Shown: one piece after another, positions 9,005 to 18,807 of the stretch
Layout of the letters: each line of letters opens with the position of its first letter
Numbering within the stretch: position 1 is the stretch's first letter
Assembly: GCA_963752595.1 (NCBI GenBank)
Contig: CAVVYZ010000014.1
Location: 32,001-96,000, forward strand
Length of the DNA: 64,000 bases
Direction: 5' to 3'
Origin: an uncultured delta proteobacterium
GTDB lineage: Bacteria; Desulfobacterota; Desulfomonilia; UBA1062
Translations under genes and position numbers: made by a program
The notes under the pieces: model-generated
Seen by the model: the letters and a program-made list of their open reading frames with translations, nothing else
The model's database searches: none
Told to the model about the DNA's origin: nothing

Positions 9005-9715
9005 TTACCGTCTCGCGATATAGATCGTCGAGAAAAGCTTGAGCTGGATGATGCGGGCAAGGGATCTCTTCGAGAGCTCAAGCGCTGCGAGGAACGCCCC
9101 AATGATCTCCATGCGATCCTTTGCCTCGGCCACCTCGGACAAGGGGACCCTCTCCTTCTTTTTCAGCAGCGCCTCGATCCTGTCGATCATGCCCTGGATA
9201 TTGAACCGCTTATACGCGATGTTCAGGATATGCTTCTTCGTGCGCGATTTGATAGCATCAATTGCCTCGAGCAGTACACCTATGCCCAAGGAAGAGAGGT
9301 CCCGTTCTTCCGGTGAGAGGCCCTTGGGAAACTTGTCCCTGAACAGCATGGGCCGGGAGACAAGGTCCTGCGATGCCATCCGTATCGCCCGGTAGGCGAT
9401 GAGCATTTCTTTGAGCTCCTGCGCAGGGTTGTGCCCCTCTTCCTCCCCCTCTTTTCTCGACGAGGGAAGCAGCAGGCAGGACTTGAGCCAGATCAGGTAT
9501 GAGGCCATCTCCAGGAATTCCCCTGCCAGCGACACATCCAGGTATTTTGCCTGCTCCACATAGTGCAGGTACTGCTCGATAATGGGGTAGACTTCAAGGT
9601 TCTCCAGGGTGAAGCGGTTCTTCTCGATGAGGTAAAGCAGCAGATCGAGCGGCCCCTCGAACGTGGAAAGACGGAGCACGAAATGAGGCTCGAAGCTCTC
9701 TTGAACTGCCTGCAC
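9005..9715 (-). CDS. scpA: Segregation and condensation protein A
   Basis: FEGPLDLLLYLI, EFLEMASYLIWLKS, FLAALEL. Confidence 0.93.
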   Translation of the reverse strand: MQAVQESFEPHFVLRLSTFEGPLDLLLYLIEKNRFTLENLEVYPIIEQYLHYVEQAKYLDVSLAGEFLEMASYLIWLKSCLLLPSSRKEGEEEGHNPAQELKEMLIAYRAIRMASQDLVSRPMLFRDKFPKGLSPEERDLSSLGIGVLLEAIDAIKSRTKKHILNIAYKRFNIQGMIDRIEALLKKKERVPLSEVAEAKDRMEIIGAFLAALELSKRSLARIIQLKLFSTIYIARR

Positions 9716-9723
9716 CTGCTCTC

Positions 9724-10717
9724 CTAGTGTGCCAGCTTCATGACGGACCGGACCTTTTCCATGGTGATTTCCGATTCGCCGGCGGCCTTGAGGTCACCTT
9801 CCCTCAAGACCTCGTCGATCAGCGCCATGTTCCCCCGGTAATATTCGATCTTTTCCCAGATGGGCTCGAACTCCCGTATGAGATTCGCCATCAGGATCTG
9901 CTTGCACTCGACGCATCCGAGGCCGGCGCTCCTGCACCCTGTCCGGATCTCCGCCCTCTTCTCCTCATCCGTGAAGTATTCGTGCAGGGGATAGAGATTG
10001 CAGTCATCGGGTTCTCCCGGATCTTTTTTCCGCATGCGCTTCGCATCGGTGAGCATCTGCATGACTTTTTCCTTGATGCTCTCCCTGGTTTCATAGATGA
10101 AAATGGCGTTGTTGTACGACTTGGACATCTTCCTGCCGTCGATGCCCAGGACCCTGGCCGCCTCGGTGAGGATCTCCTTGGGCTCCTTGAGAATGCCGCC
10201 TCCCATAAATGAAGTTGAACCTCCTCACGATCTCCCGGGTGAGTTCCAGGTGGGGGAGCTGGTCTTCGCCGATGGGCACCCTGTCCGCATGGTACAAGAC
10301 AATGTCCGCGGCCTGGAGCACCGGGTATCCCAGGAACCCGAATGTGCTCAAATCCTTTTCCTTGAGCTCCTCTTTCAATTCTTTATAGGTTGGGTTCCTC
10401 TCCAGCCAGGACAACGGCGTGATCATGGACAGGAGCACGAAGAGCTCTGCATGGCTCTTGATATCCGACTGTCTGAAGATCACGGACTGTTTCGGGTCGA
10501 TGCCTACGCTCAGCCATATGGCGACCATATTCCGGGCACTGTCCCGGATAATGGACGGGTCCCGGTATTCGCTGGTCAGGGCGTGCCAGTCTGCGATGAA
10601 ATAGAAGCACTGGTATTCCTTCTGGAGCTCCACCCAGTTTTTCAGCACACCCAAATAGTGGCCGATGTGAAGATCTCCCGTTGGCCTGATGCCGGATACG
10701 ATGCGTTTCCTCTCCAT
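9724..10717 (-). CDS. trpS: Tryptophanyl-tRNA synthetase, split by +1 indel near 10203 (likely sequencing error)
   Basis: SGIRPTGDLHIGHY, YPVLQAADI, GEDQLPHLE in one frame; KMSKS in the next; extra G in a GGG run. Confidence 0.92.
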
Positions 10718-10728
10718 ATGATTCCTCG

Positions 10729-11346
10729 CTATATGCTTAATAAGAGATTGACTATTACTCTGATGATCGGGAAGATCACGAAATCCACCACCCGGGTGAA
10801 TATCAGAAGCAGCAGGATCATGAACCCGTACGGGGCTATCTTGCCGAATATTCCCTTGCCAGATCGGGCGGAAGCAGCCCTTCTAATATATGGCTTCCGT
10901 CAAGGGGCGGTATGGGGATAAGGTTAAAGATCGCCAGCCCCACGTTGATTTTGATCATGATCTGGATCATGAGGCTCAACGGGTAGAGGTACGATGTCAT
11001 GAGCATGCCCCCGAATGCCTTGTAGATTACGGCAAACACGACGGCGAGCCCCAGGTTCGATGCAGGTCCTGCCAGGGACACCCACATCATGTCTTTCTTC
11101 GGGTTCTTGAAGTACCGGTAATCGACCGGCACCGGTTTCGCCCATCCGATCATCCGTGTGATCATAAGGACCAGGAGCCCTACGATATCGATGTGTTTGA
11201 TGGGGTTGAGCGTGAGCCTGCCCGCATTCTTGGCCGTCGGGTCCCCGAGCCTGTAGGCAACATATCCGTGACTGACCTCATGGAACGTGATAGAGAAAAG
11301 CACAGGCACCATCAGGAGGATGAGTTGTTGTAGATATTGTATTCAT
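10729..11346 (-). CDS. Site-2 protease family (M50) protein, indels near start and near 10840
   Basis: HEVSHG, LAGPASN, FNLIPIPPLDG; corrected start MIQYLQQL and tail IAPYGFMILLLL lie in other frames. Confidence 0.88.
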
Positions 11347-11420
11347 TATGGGCGCCTTATACCGCATGGCTGCGGCGGTGTCAAAAAATTACCGCAGGTT
11401 CCGGCCCCCTTTTTTCTCTG

Positions 11421-12590
11421 TCAAGAGCTTGCGGTATTTTTTCCCGTTTGTACGAACATGAGCATCAGCGATGCCGCAAAGGCGAAACTTGCACCCACGC
11501 CGAATGCGATATCGCTGCCGAAGGTCTCCCAGACTACGCCGAACAGGATCGATGCAGGAAGGGCGGTGATGCTCACGGCAAGACTGTAGGCCCCGTAGGC
11601 GCTCCCCCTGTTCTCCGCAGGCATGAGGTCTGCCACGAAAGCCTTTTCCACCCCTTCGGTGAGCCCGAAGTAGAGGCCGTAGCTGAAGAACAGGAGCCAT
11701 ACCGCCGTACTCGACGCCGCAAGGGCGAATCCGCCATATACCAGTGCATAGACAGTCCAGCCGAGGACAATGACGGGCTTCCTGCCCAGCTTGTCCGAAA
11801 GGCGTCCGCCGGGTATGGAAAAGATTGCCTTCGAAAAATGGAGCAGTGCCCAGAGGATCGGGATCATCGCTGCATGTATGCCTGCATCATGTGCCTTGAG
11901 CAGGAGGAATGCGTCCGTAGAGTTACCGAGGGTGAAAACCGACACGGTAACGAGGTACAGGATGAACCCGGGTTTCCTGATGCTGCCGAATGTAACCTTC
12001 GGGATATGCCTTGCGCTGCGCGCCCGTTCCCTGACTACGAAAAAGGCCAGGATCACGGTCATGATGCCGGGGATGATCGCAGCGAGAAAAACCGTACGAA
12101 TGGAGAGCCCGAAATACAGGAGCATTGCAGCAATGAGCGGCCCGATCAGCGCCCCCAAATGGTCCATGGCGCGCTGGAAGCCGAAGGCGACGCCCAGGTT
12201 CTCCGCACTCACCGAATCCGCCAGCAGGGCATCCCGGGGGGCGGTCCTGATCCCTTTCCCCACCCTGTCCGAAAACCGGAATATCAGGACATGGAGCCAT
12301 TGGGTGGATATTCCGATGAGCGGACGGATGATATTGGAAATCGCATACCCGGCAGCGAAAATCGGTTTCCGCCTGCTCAGGCGGTCGGAATAGAGGCCGG
12401 AAAAGTACTTTATCAGGGAAACGGTCGTCTCTGCGACACCCTCGATGACCCCGAGGGTTGCGGCCCCGGCATGGAGGACGCTCGTGAGGAAGATCGGCAG
12501 GAGCGGGTAGATCATTTCGCTCGCCACATCGTTCATGAGGCTGATGAGCCCCATGCCGACAACGTTCCTGTTGCCGTACCGGTCACCCAT
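11421..12590 (-). CDS. MFS transporter
   Basis: Many hydrophobic segments; SDRLSRRK, DRVGKGIRTAPRDALLA, LSDKLGRK. Confidence 0.92.
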   Translation of the reverse strand: MGDRYGNRNVVGMGLISLMNDVASEMIYPLLPIFLTSVLHAGAATLGVIEGVAETTVSLIKYFSGLYSDRLSRRKPIFAAGYAISNIIRPLIGISTQWLHVLIFRFSDRVGKGIRTAPRDALLADSVSAENLGVAFGFQRAMDHLGALIGPLIAAMLLYFGLSIRTVFLAAIIPGIMTVILAFFVVRERARSARHIPKVTFGSIRKPGFILYLVTVSVFTLGNSTDAFLLLKAHDAGIHAAMIPILWALLHFSKAIFSIPGGRLSDKLGRKPVIVLGWTVYALVYGGFALAASSTAVWLLFFSYGLYFGLTEGVEKAFVADLMPAENRGSAYGAYSLAVSITALPASILFGVVWETFGSDIAFGVGASFAFAASLMLMFVQTGKNTASS

Positions 12591-12698
12591 TATTTCTTTC
12601 CAGCGTCCGCCCATGCTCACATTAAAAAACATCCTTTTCGCGTGGCTGTCCACAGGGAAATGAAAACTTCTTTTAAATCCGGAGAAGGTGTTTGCTCC

Positions 12699-12727
12699 TT
12701 GACTGTCCATAGGTGCTGATATATAAA
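12699..12727 (+). promoter_or_regulatory. sigma70 promoter of thi leader
   Basis: TTGACT-N17-TATAAA directly upstream of the riboswitch. Confidence 0.7.
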
Positions 12728-12733
12728 AACAGG

Positions 12734-12820
12734 GCTCTTTTACATGGGGTGGTTCATCTTTGGAGCCTGAGATCATACCCATTGAACCTGACCCGGATAA
12801 TGCCGGCGGAGGGAGGGAGA
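12734..12820 (+). ncRNA. TPP (THI-box) riboswitch
   Basis: GGGGTG...CTGAGA...ATACCC.TTGAACCTGA.CCGGATAATGCCGGCG.AGGGA consensus, upstream of thiE-thiC. Confidence 0.95.
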
Positions 12821-12851
12821 AGATGCACGGGAAATTGCATAAAAGAATATC

Positions 12852-12889
12852 AAAGAGCCGTCTCCTTTTCCGAAGGGACGGCTTTTTTT
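12852..12889 (+). terminator. Riboswitch expression-platform terminator
   Basis: AGCCGTC...GACGGCT stem followed by T-run. Confidence 0.8.
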
Positions 12890-12962
12890 GCCGGGAACTG
12901 TAGACGGCAGGGAAAAGGATGATTTATTTTCCCGAAAATATATCTGCCTTGAAGAAACGCTT

Positions 12963-13988
12963 ATGACTATGACGAGAGAGGTCCAGAGAATCATCGATGC
13001 CAACCTCAACCGGGCCACAGAAGGGCTCCGGGTGGTCGAGGATGTCTTCCGGTACGGGCTCGATGATTCCCGCATGCAGCAGAAGTTGAAGAGTCTGCGG
13101 CACCGTCTGGCATCCGTTGTGGATTTCAGCCTCTTCATCGCTGCACGGGATGCATCGGCCGACGTCGGGTTTGATGCGAAGGGCATGCTCGAAGACAAGA
13201 GATCGTCATGTAAGGATATCCTGAGGTCCAACATGAAGCGGGTTCAGGAGGCATTGCGCGTCCTGGAGGAGATGATGAAGCTCGATTCTCCCAAAACATC
13301 CCGCGTTATGAAAGAGATCCGGTACGCCTGCTATCAGATCGAGCGGGACATGGAGCTCATGGGGAAAAAGCCTCTTTCCAAAGGCCTCTACCTCATTCTG
13401 ACCGATCCGCCTCAAGGGTACGAGAGGATGACCGAGATGGCCGTCTCGGAGAGGATTCCGGCCGTGCAGCTCCGGTATATAGGCCATGACTTCAGGCTTT
13501 TCCTGGACCTTGCGTGCACACTCAGAGAGATCACGAAAGGCTCCGATACCCTGTTTATCGTCAATGGCCGGGTAGACATCGCGCTCCTGGCGAATGCTGA
13601 CGGTGTCCACCTCGGCCAGGAGGACATCCCGCCGAAAGACGCACGCAGGCTTGCAGGCGACCGGCTGCTCATCGGCCTGTCCACTCACACCCTCGATCAG
13701 GTCGAGCAGGCCGGAGCGGAGCCGATCGATTACATCGGGTTCGGCCCGGTGTTTTCCCCTTTCTCAAAGGAGAATCCGGACCCGGTCACCGGGGTGGAGA
13801 TGCTTCAGATAGCGGTCGGCCGGTCGAAGTTCCCGGTCGTGGCCATCGGCGGGATCACCCGCAAACGGCTCGAACGTTTCTCCGGGATTCCATGCCGGAA
13901 CGTCGCATGCATCGGGGCCGTCGCCATGTCCCCGGACCCGGCAGGAGAGATGAGATTCTTACACACAAGGATTGGAGAGATACTATGA
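12963..13988 (+). CDS. thiE: Thiamine-phosphate synthase with N-terminal ThiD2-like domain
   Basis: RIIDANLNRATEGLRVVED; VQLR, ADGVHLGQED, GLSTH, VAIGGI. Confidence 0.92.
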   Translation: MTMTREVQRIIDANLNRATEGLRVVEDVFRYGLDDSRMQQKLKSLRHRLASVVDFSLFIAARDASADVGFDAKGMLEDKRSSCKDILRSNMKRVQEALRVLEEMMKLDSPKTSRVMKEIRYACYQIERDMELMGKKPLSKGLYLILTDPPQGYERMTEMAVSERIPAVQLRYIGHDFRLFLDLACTLREITKGSDTLFIVNGRVDIALLANADGVHLGQEDIPPKDARRLAGDRLLIGLSTHTLDQVEQAGAEPIDYIGFGPVFSPFSKENPDPVTGVEMLQIAVGRSKFPVVAIGGITRKRLERFSGIPCRNVACIGAVAMSPDPAGEMRFLHTRIGEIL

Positions 13989-15260
13989 CACAGAGACAAG
14001 ATGCCCTGAATGGAATCATAACCCCGGAAATGGAAGCAGTTGCCGGGTATGAAGGGCTCGACCCGGAAAACATCCGGTCGGGCATTGCCGAAGGGACCAT
14101 CGCCATACCCAAGAACTCCCGAAGGTCCTTTCCGAACGTGCGGGGCATCGGGAAAGGACTGCGCACCAAGATCAACGCAAATATCGGCTCGTCCCCCTAC
14201 CATATGGACATCAAGGAAGAGATCGAAAAACTCCACGCAGCGGTTCATTACGGCGCCGATGCGGTGATGGACCTTTCACTCGGCTCCGAGATCATCAATA
14301 TCCGGAGGGAAATCGTCAGGGAATCCCCGGTGATGATCGGCACGGTGCCGATCTACCAGACAGCCTTCGAGCTCAGCTCCAGTGGCAGAGACATCACGGA
14401 CATGACCATCGATGATTTTCTCAAGACGGTCCGGAACCAGGCCGAAGAAGGCGTCGATTTCATGACCATTCACTCCGGCGTGAACCTGCAGGCCCTGGCA
14501 GCCCTCGAATCACAGAAACGCCTTCTCGATGTAGTGAGCCGGGGCGGGTCCTTCCTCGTTTCGTGGATGAAGAAAAACAACAGGCAGTCACCCCTGTACG
14601 AGCATTACGACGAGATCCTCGACATCATGGCGGAGTACGACATAACCATATCGCTCGGAGACGGAATGCGGCCCGGGGCAACGGCCGATGCAACGGACCG
14701 CGCCCAGATCACCGAACTGGTCACGCTCTCCGAGCTCGCCCAGCGCGCGTGGGACAAGGGCGTCCAGGTGCTCATCGAGGGCCCGGGGCATGTGCCTCTC
14801 CATATGGTCCAGGAAAACATCCGGATTCAGAAATCCCTGTGCAAGGGGGCTCCCTTCTATGTGCTCGGGCCTCTGGTCACTGACTGCGCGGCCGGGTATG
14901 ACCATATCGCAGGCGCCATCGGCGGAGCGCTCGCAGCATACTTCGGCGCCGATTTCCTCTGCTACGTCACCCCGGCAGAGCACCTGCGGCTTCCCACCGT
15001 GGAACACGTGATCGAGGGCGTGATCGCTTCCAGGATCGCTGCCCATGCAGCAGACCTTGCCAAGGGCATGAAGTACGCCAGAGAAAGAATACGAGATGGC
15101 CAGGGCACGAAAGAAACTGGACTGGGAAAGCCAGATGAAGTGCTGCCTCGATCCGGATAAGGCAAGGTGCATGAGGGAGTCGAGCGAGATCGGCAAGGAC
15201 GACGTATGCACCATGTGCGGCGAGTTCTGCGCCATCAAACGCCTGAACGAAGTTCTCTAA
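13985..15260 (+). CDS. thiC: Phosphomethylpyrimidine synthase, frameshift near 15080 (likely error)
   Basis: KINANIG, GADAVMDLS, VSRGGS, EGPGH, CYVTPAEHL; C-terminal CTMCGEFC lies in alternate frame ending TAA 15260. Confidence 0.93.
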
Positions 15261-15518
15261 AGGGACCCATGCCCGTTTCGGATGCTTCCGGCCTGCGGAT
15301 CATATCGATCCTCTCTGGGGAAGCGGGCTCAGAAAGGCATATGCCGGGGGCGTCGAGGTCCTGGTATATTCCACCTCCATCACTGCTTCCGGCATGGCAA
15401 TCGGCTGCCGTGTTCCCTATCGCCGACCTGAAGCGTCAAAGCCGTAAATTCACTCATATAGGAATTGAAATCCGGTCATGTAGACCTTATTAACCCTTTA
15501 AGGAGAAGGAGTGAGAAC

Positions 15519-15997
15519 ATGGCTCAAAAGACCAATGGAAGGCCGAAATTAGAAGGTGAAAATGAGGAGAGCGTTGTGGAATATACACCTTCTGAAACCG
15601 TTCAGAATGCGATCAAGGACTTTCACACGCATAAGGCAAGGCTGCCGAAGCACTATACAGAAATCATCAAGGCGCTGTTTGAAAAAAGCAGGAAGCGGGT
15701 AGCAACCTACTATTGTCCCAACACGTCCTGTAAAGGCACCTTCTGGGATTCCGAGCAGGGATATGAATGCCCCAGGTGCGGTTTTCTGGGGATCATCAGC
15801 GAGTATAAATATTCGAACGCTACAAATGATACCAGAGAGCGCAACATCATCGGGTACATAGACACCCTGGGTCGTCTTTTCTGCAGCGGCTGCATCCTTG
15901 ATACGGCGTGCAGAACGAAGTGGGTCTCATCGTATACGACGACACCGAGCCGTTTTGCTTTGAGCGATGCGAGTTATGCAAAGAGCAGCTCGGCTGA
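15519..15997 (+). CDS. Hypothetical multi-CxxC (zinc-ribbon) protein, frameshift near 15900
   Basis: SD AAGGAG; CPNTSC, CPRC, CSGC; alternate frame continues YGVQNEVG...FCFERCELCKEQLG*. Confidence 0.65.
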
Positions 15998-16115
15998 CCG
16001 GTTTACCTTTCCCCATCTCACGAATTATCTTATCCACCGGTTGCGGCAGTAAGCCCATCGGTGCTTGATGCAGCACCATTAGACACGATGGCAAAAAACA
16101 GTATATAGTGATTCC

Positions 16116-16834
16116 ATGTACAGGGTACGCATCAATAAATATATCGCCTCTACCGGTTCCATATCCCGCCGGAAGGCCGATGAGCTTCTCCGTGAGGGCC
16201 GGGTCGCGGTAAACGGCCATACGGCCTTACTGGGTGATACCATCAACCCCGACAGCGATACAGTAGCCGTCGACGGCAAACCGGCGCTTCCCCAGAAGCT
16301 CGTGTATCTTGCCATGTACAAGCCGAGGAATGTCGTCACGACCCTGCACGACCCTGAAGGCAGGCCGTGCGTCAAGGATCTCATCCCCGGAAGGTACGAC
16401 GGGGTTTTCCCGGTCGGCAGACTTGATTTTGACGCCGAAGGGCTGCTCCTCCTGACGAATGACGGTCATTTGGCGCATACCCTTCATCACCCTTCTCACA
16501 ATGTCCCCAAGACCTATATCGTTTCAGCTCGACACCCAAGGCAAATCCGGAACAATTCAGGAAATGGAAGAAGGAGTCATACTTGACGGAAAAAAGACCC
16601 GGTCCGCACGGAGATAGATCTCCTGCGACATCAGGACAGGGGCTCCCCTGTAGGATCACCTTGAGGCAGGGGCTGAAAAACCAGATCAAGAGAATGGCTG
16701 AGGCAGTGGGCTTACAGGTTGTTTCCATCAAGCGGATCTCCGTCGGACCCATCAGCGTAGAAGGGATTACTCCCGGCCAGATGAGGGAACTGAAACCTTT
16801 GGAGATCGAAAAACTTCATAAGATATTAAAATAG
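16116..16834 (+). CDS. rluB: RluB/RsuA-family pseudouridine synthase, frameshifted at ~16525-16615
   Basis: S4 domain RINKYIASTG.SRRKADE; GRLDFDAEGLLLLTNDG; C-terminal QGLKNQIKRM in another frame. Confidence 0.85.
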
Positions 16835-16845
16835 CATAAAAAACC

Positions 16846-16873
16846 TTGACATAGTTCCACAACCCCCTATATT
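16846..16873 (+). promoter_or_regulatory. sigma70 promoter of ihfB
   Basis: TTGACA-N16-TATATT. Confidence 0.6.
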
Positions 16874-16905
16874 TAATTGTGTAAACTAACAGTGTGGAGG
16901 AACAA

Positions 16906-17190
16906 ATGAATAAATCCGAACTGATTGAAGAGCTGTCAATGCGCATGGCGATCCATCCGAAGAAGGCCGAAGCCATGGTAAATACGATCCTGAATTCCAT
17001 GATAGATGCCATGAAAGATAGCCGGCGCGTAGAAATCCGCGGGTTCGGAAGCTTCGTCATGAGAGACTATAAGCCCTACATCGGCAGGAACCCAAAGAGC
17101 GGCGAGAAGATCCAGGTCAGAGAGAAGACGCTTCCCTTCTTCAAATCCGGCAAGGACATGAGAGATCGCGTGAACGAAGGCAGAGGATAA
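16906..17190 (+). CDS. ihfB: Integration host factor beta subunit
   Basis: MNKSELIE, RVEIRGFGSF, GRNPKSGE, PFFKSGK; SD GGAGG. Confidence 0.9.
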   Translation: MNKSELIEELSMRMAIHPKKAEAMVNTILNSMIDAMKDSRRVEIRGFGSFVMRDYKPYIGRNPKSGEKIQVREKTLPFFKSGKDMRDRVNEGRG

Positions 17191-17244
17191 CAGCCCTCTC
17201 CCCAACAGCCTCTTCTTCTTTTATTTCCCATGAGCGTCTAGATA

Positions 17245-17273
17245 TTGACGCATTATGGGTAATGTGTTATATA
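17245..17273 (+). promoter_or_regulatory. sigma70 promoter of sigma54 activator gene
   Basis: TTGACG-N17-TATATA with extended TG. Confidence 0.65.
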
Positions 17274-17291
17274 GCACCTGCATAGGATTGT

Positions 17292-18696
17292 ATGAGCACA
17301 CATAATATACTCATTGTCGATGACGAAGGGCAGAATAGGGATTATCTCTCCGAGATACTTTCCCAGGAGGATTATAACGTAAGTTCGGCCTCCAACGGCA
17401 AAGACGCTATTGCCAAGCTCTCCCAGGATCTTTCCACGTCGTCCTGACCGACCTCCAGATGCCCGAGCTCGACGGCCTCGGCGTCATCCGCTACCTCGTG
17501 GAAAACAAGCTGAACTGCATCGGGATCATCTTCACGGGGTACGGCTCCGTCAAAGACGGCGGTCGACGCCATGAAGCTCGGCGCATTCGACTACATCACC
17601 AAGCCCTTCAAGGCGGACGAGATCAAGGTCGTGGTGAAGAAGGCCCTCGACCACCTTGCCCTCCAGGAAGAGAACACCTACCTCAAGCAGCAGCTCAAGG
17701 CAAAGTACAAATTCGAGAACATCGTCGGCACCTCGGACAGGATGCAGAAGGTCTTCAGCCTCATCGACAAGGTGCCGTCCACGGATTCCACCGTGCTGAT
17801 CCTCGGCGAATCCGGGACGGGCAAAGAGCTCGTCGCCCGGGCCCTGCACTACAACTCACCACAGGGCACAGAACCCCTTTGTCCCCGTCAACTGCGGGGC
17901 CATCCCGGAAGAGCTGCTCGAAAGCGAGCTCTTCGGCCATGAAAAGGGCGCCTTTACCGGCGCCTTCCGGACCAGGATCGGCCGCTTCGAGCTGGCCAAC
18001 AGCGGCAGCATTTTCCTCGACGAGATCTCGGAGATGAGCCCCAACCTCCAGGTCAAGCTGCTGCAGGGTCATCCAGGAGAGGGAATTCGAGACGGGTCGG
18101 CGGAATCAAGTCGATCAAGACCGACGTGCGGATCATCGCAGCCACCAACAAGGACCTCGAGGAAGAGGTTGCCGAGGGCAGGTTCCGGGAAGACCTCTAC
18201 TACCGGCTCAACGTCATACCCCTGAATCTGCCGCCCTTAAGGGAGAGGAAGGAGGACATCCCCCTGCTCGTGAAGCATTTCCTGGCCAAATACGGCAAGG
18301 AAAAGAACAGCAAGTGACCGGCTTCGGCAAGAAGGCCATGAATGTGCTCATGCAGTACAAGTGGCCGGGCAATGTCCGCGAGCTGGAAAACCTCGTGGAG
18401 CGCGTGCTGGTGTTGTGAAGGCCCGGAGATGGACCTGAACGACCTGCCCGAAAAGATCCTGGCGGTACGCTGTCGAGTGCTCGTCTGCTATTCCCCAGAT
18501 CGACCTGCCCGAATCCGGCATAGATCTCTCCACAGCGGTGAGCGACTTTGAAAGAAGCATCATCATCCAGGCCCTCACCAAGAGCAACTGGGTCAAAAAC
18601 CGAGCCGCAAAGCTCCTCCACGTAAACCGGACCACGCTGGTGGAAAAAATCAAGAAGCAGAAGCTTGAAAAGCCCGCAGAGGTAAAGCTGGATTAG
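17292..18696 (+). CDS. REC-AAA+-HTH sigma54-dependent regulator (candidate flagellar master regulator), several indels
   Basis: Pieces in different frames: [76 protein letters not shown]. Confidence 0.88.
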
Positions 18697-18779
18697 ATTC
18701 TCTCCTTATCACAGCCCTGCTCGTGGAAGAACCTTTAAAGGCCCGCCACCCCCGAACACCCGTCACTTCTCCCTTTCAT

Positions 18780-18795
18780 TGGCATGGAAGTTGTA
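18780..18795 (+). promoter_or_regulatory. sigma54 -24/-12 promoter
   Basis: TGGCAT-GGAAG-TTGTA (GT variant at -12). Confidence 0.65.
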
Positions 18796-18807
18796 TTTCA
18801 TGAGGGA

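Noticed and set aside
11337-12719. Long antisense/overlapping ORFs (e.g. 460 aa here; also 3695-4804, 43280-44284, 52014-52931)
   Set aside because: Shadows of real genes in GC-rich codon usage; no recognisable motifs
9724-15260. Programmed frameshifting or pseudogenisation of trpS and thiC
   Set aside because: Breaks sit in short homopolymer or dinucleotide runs without slippery-site signals and cluster with many other indels; sequencing error is more parsimonious
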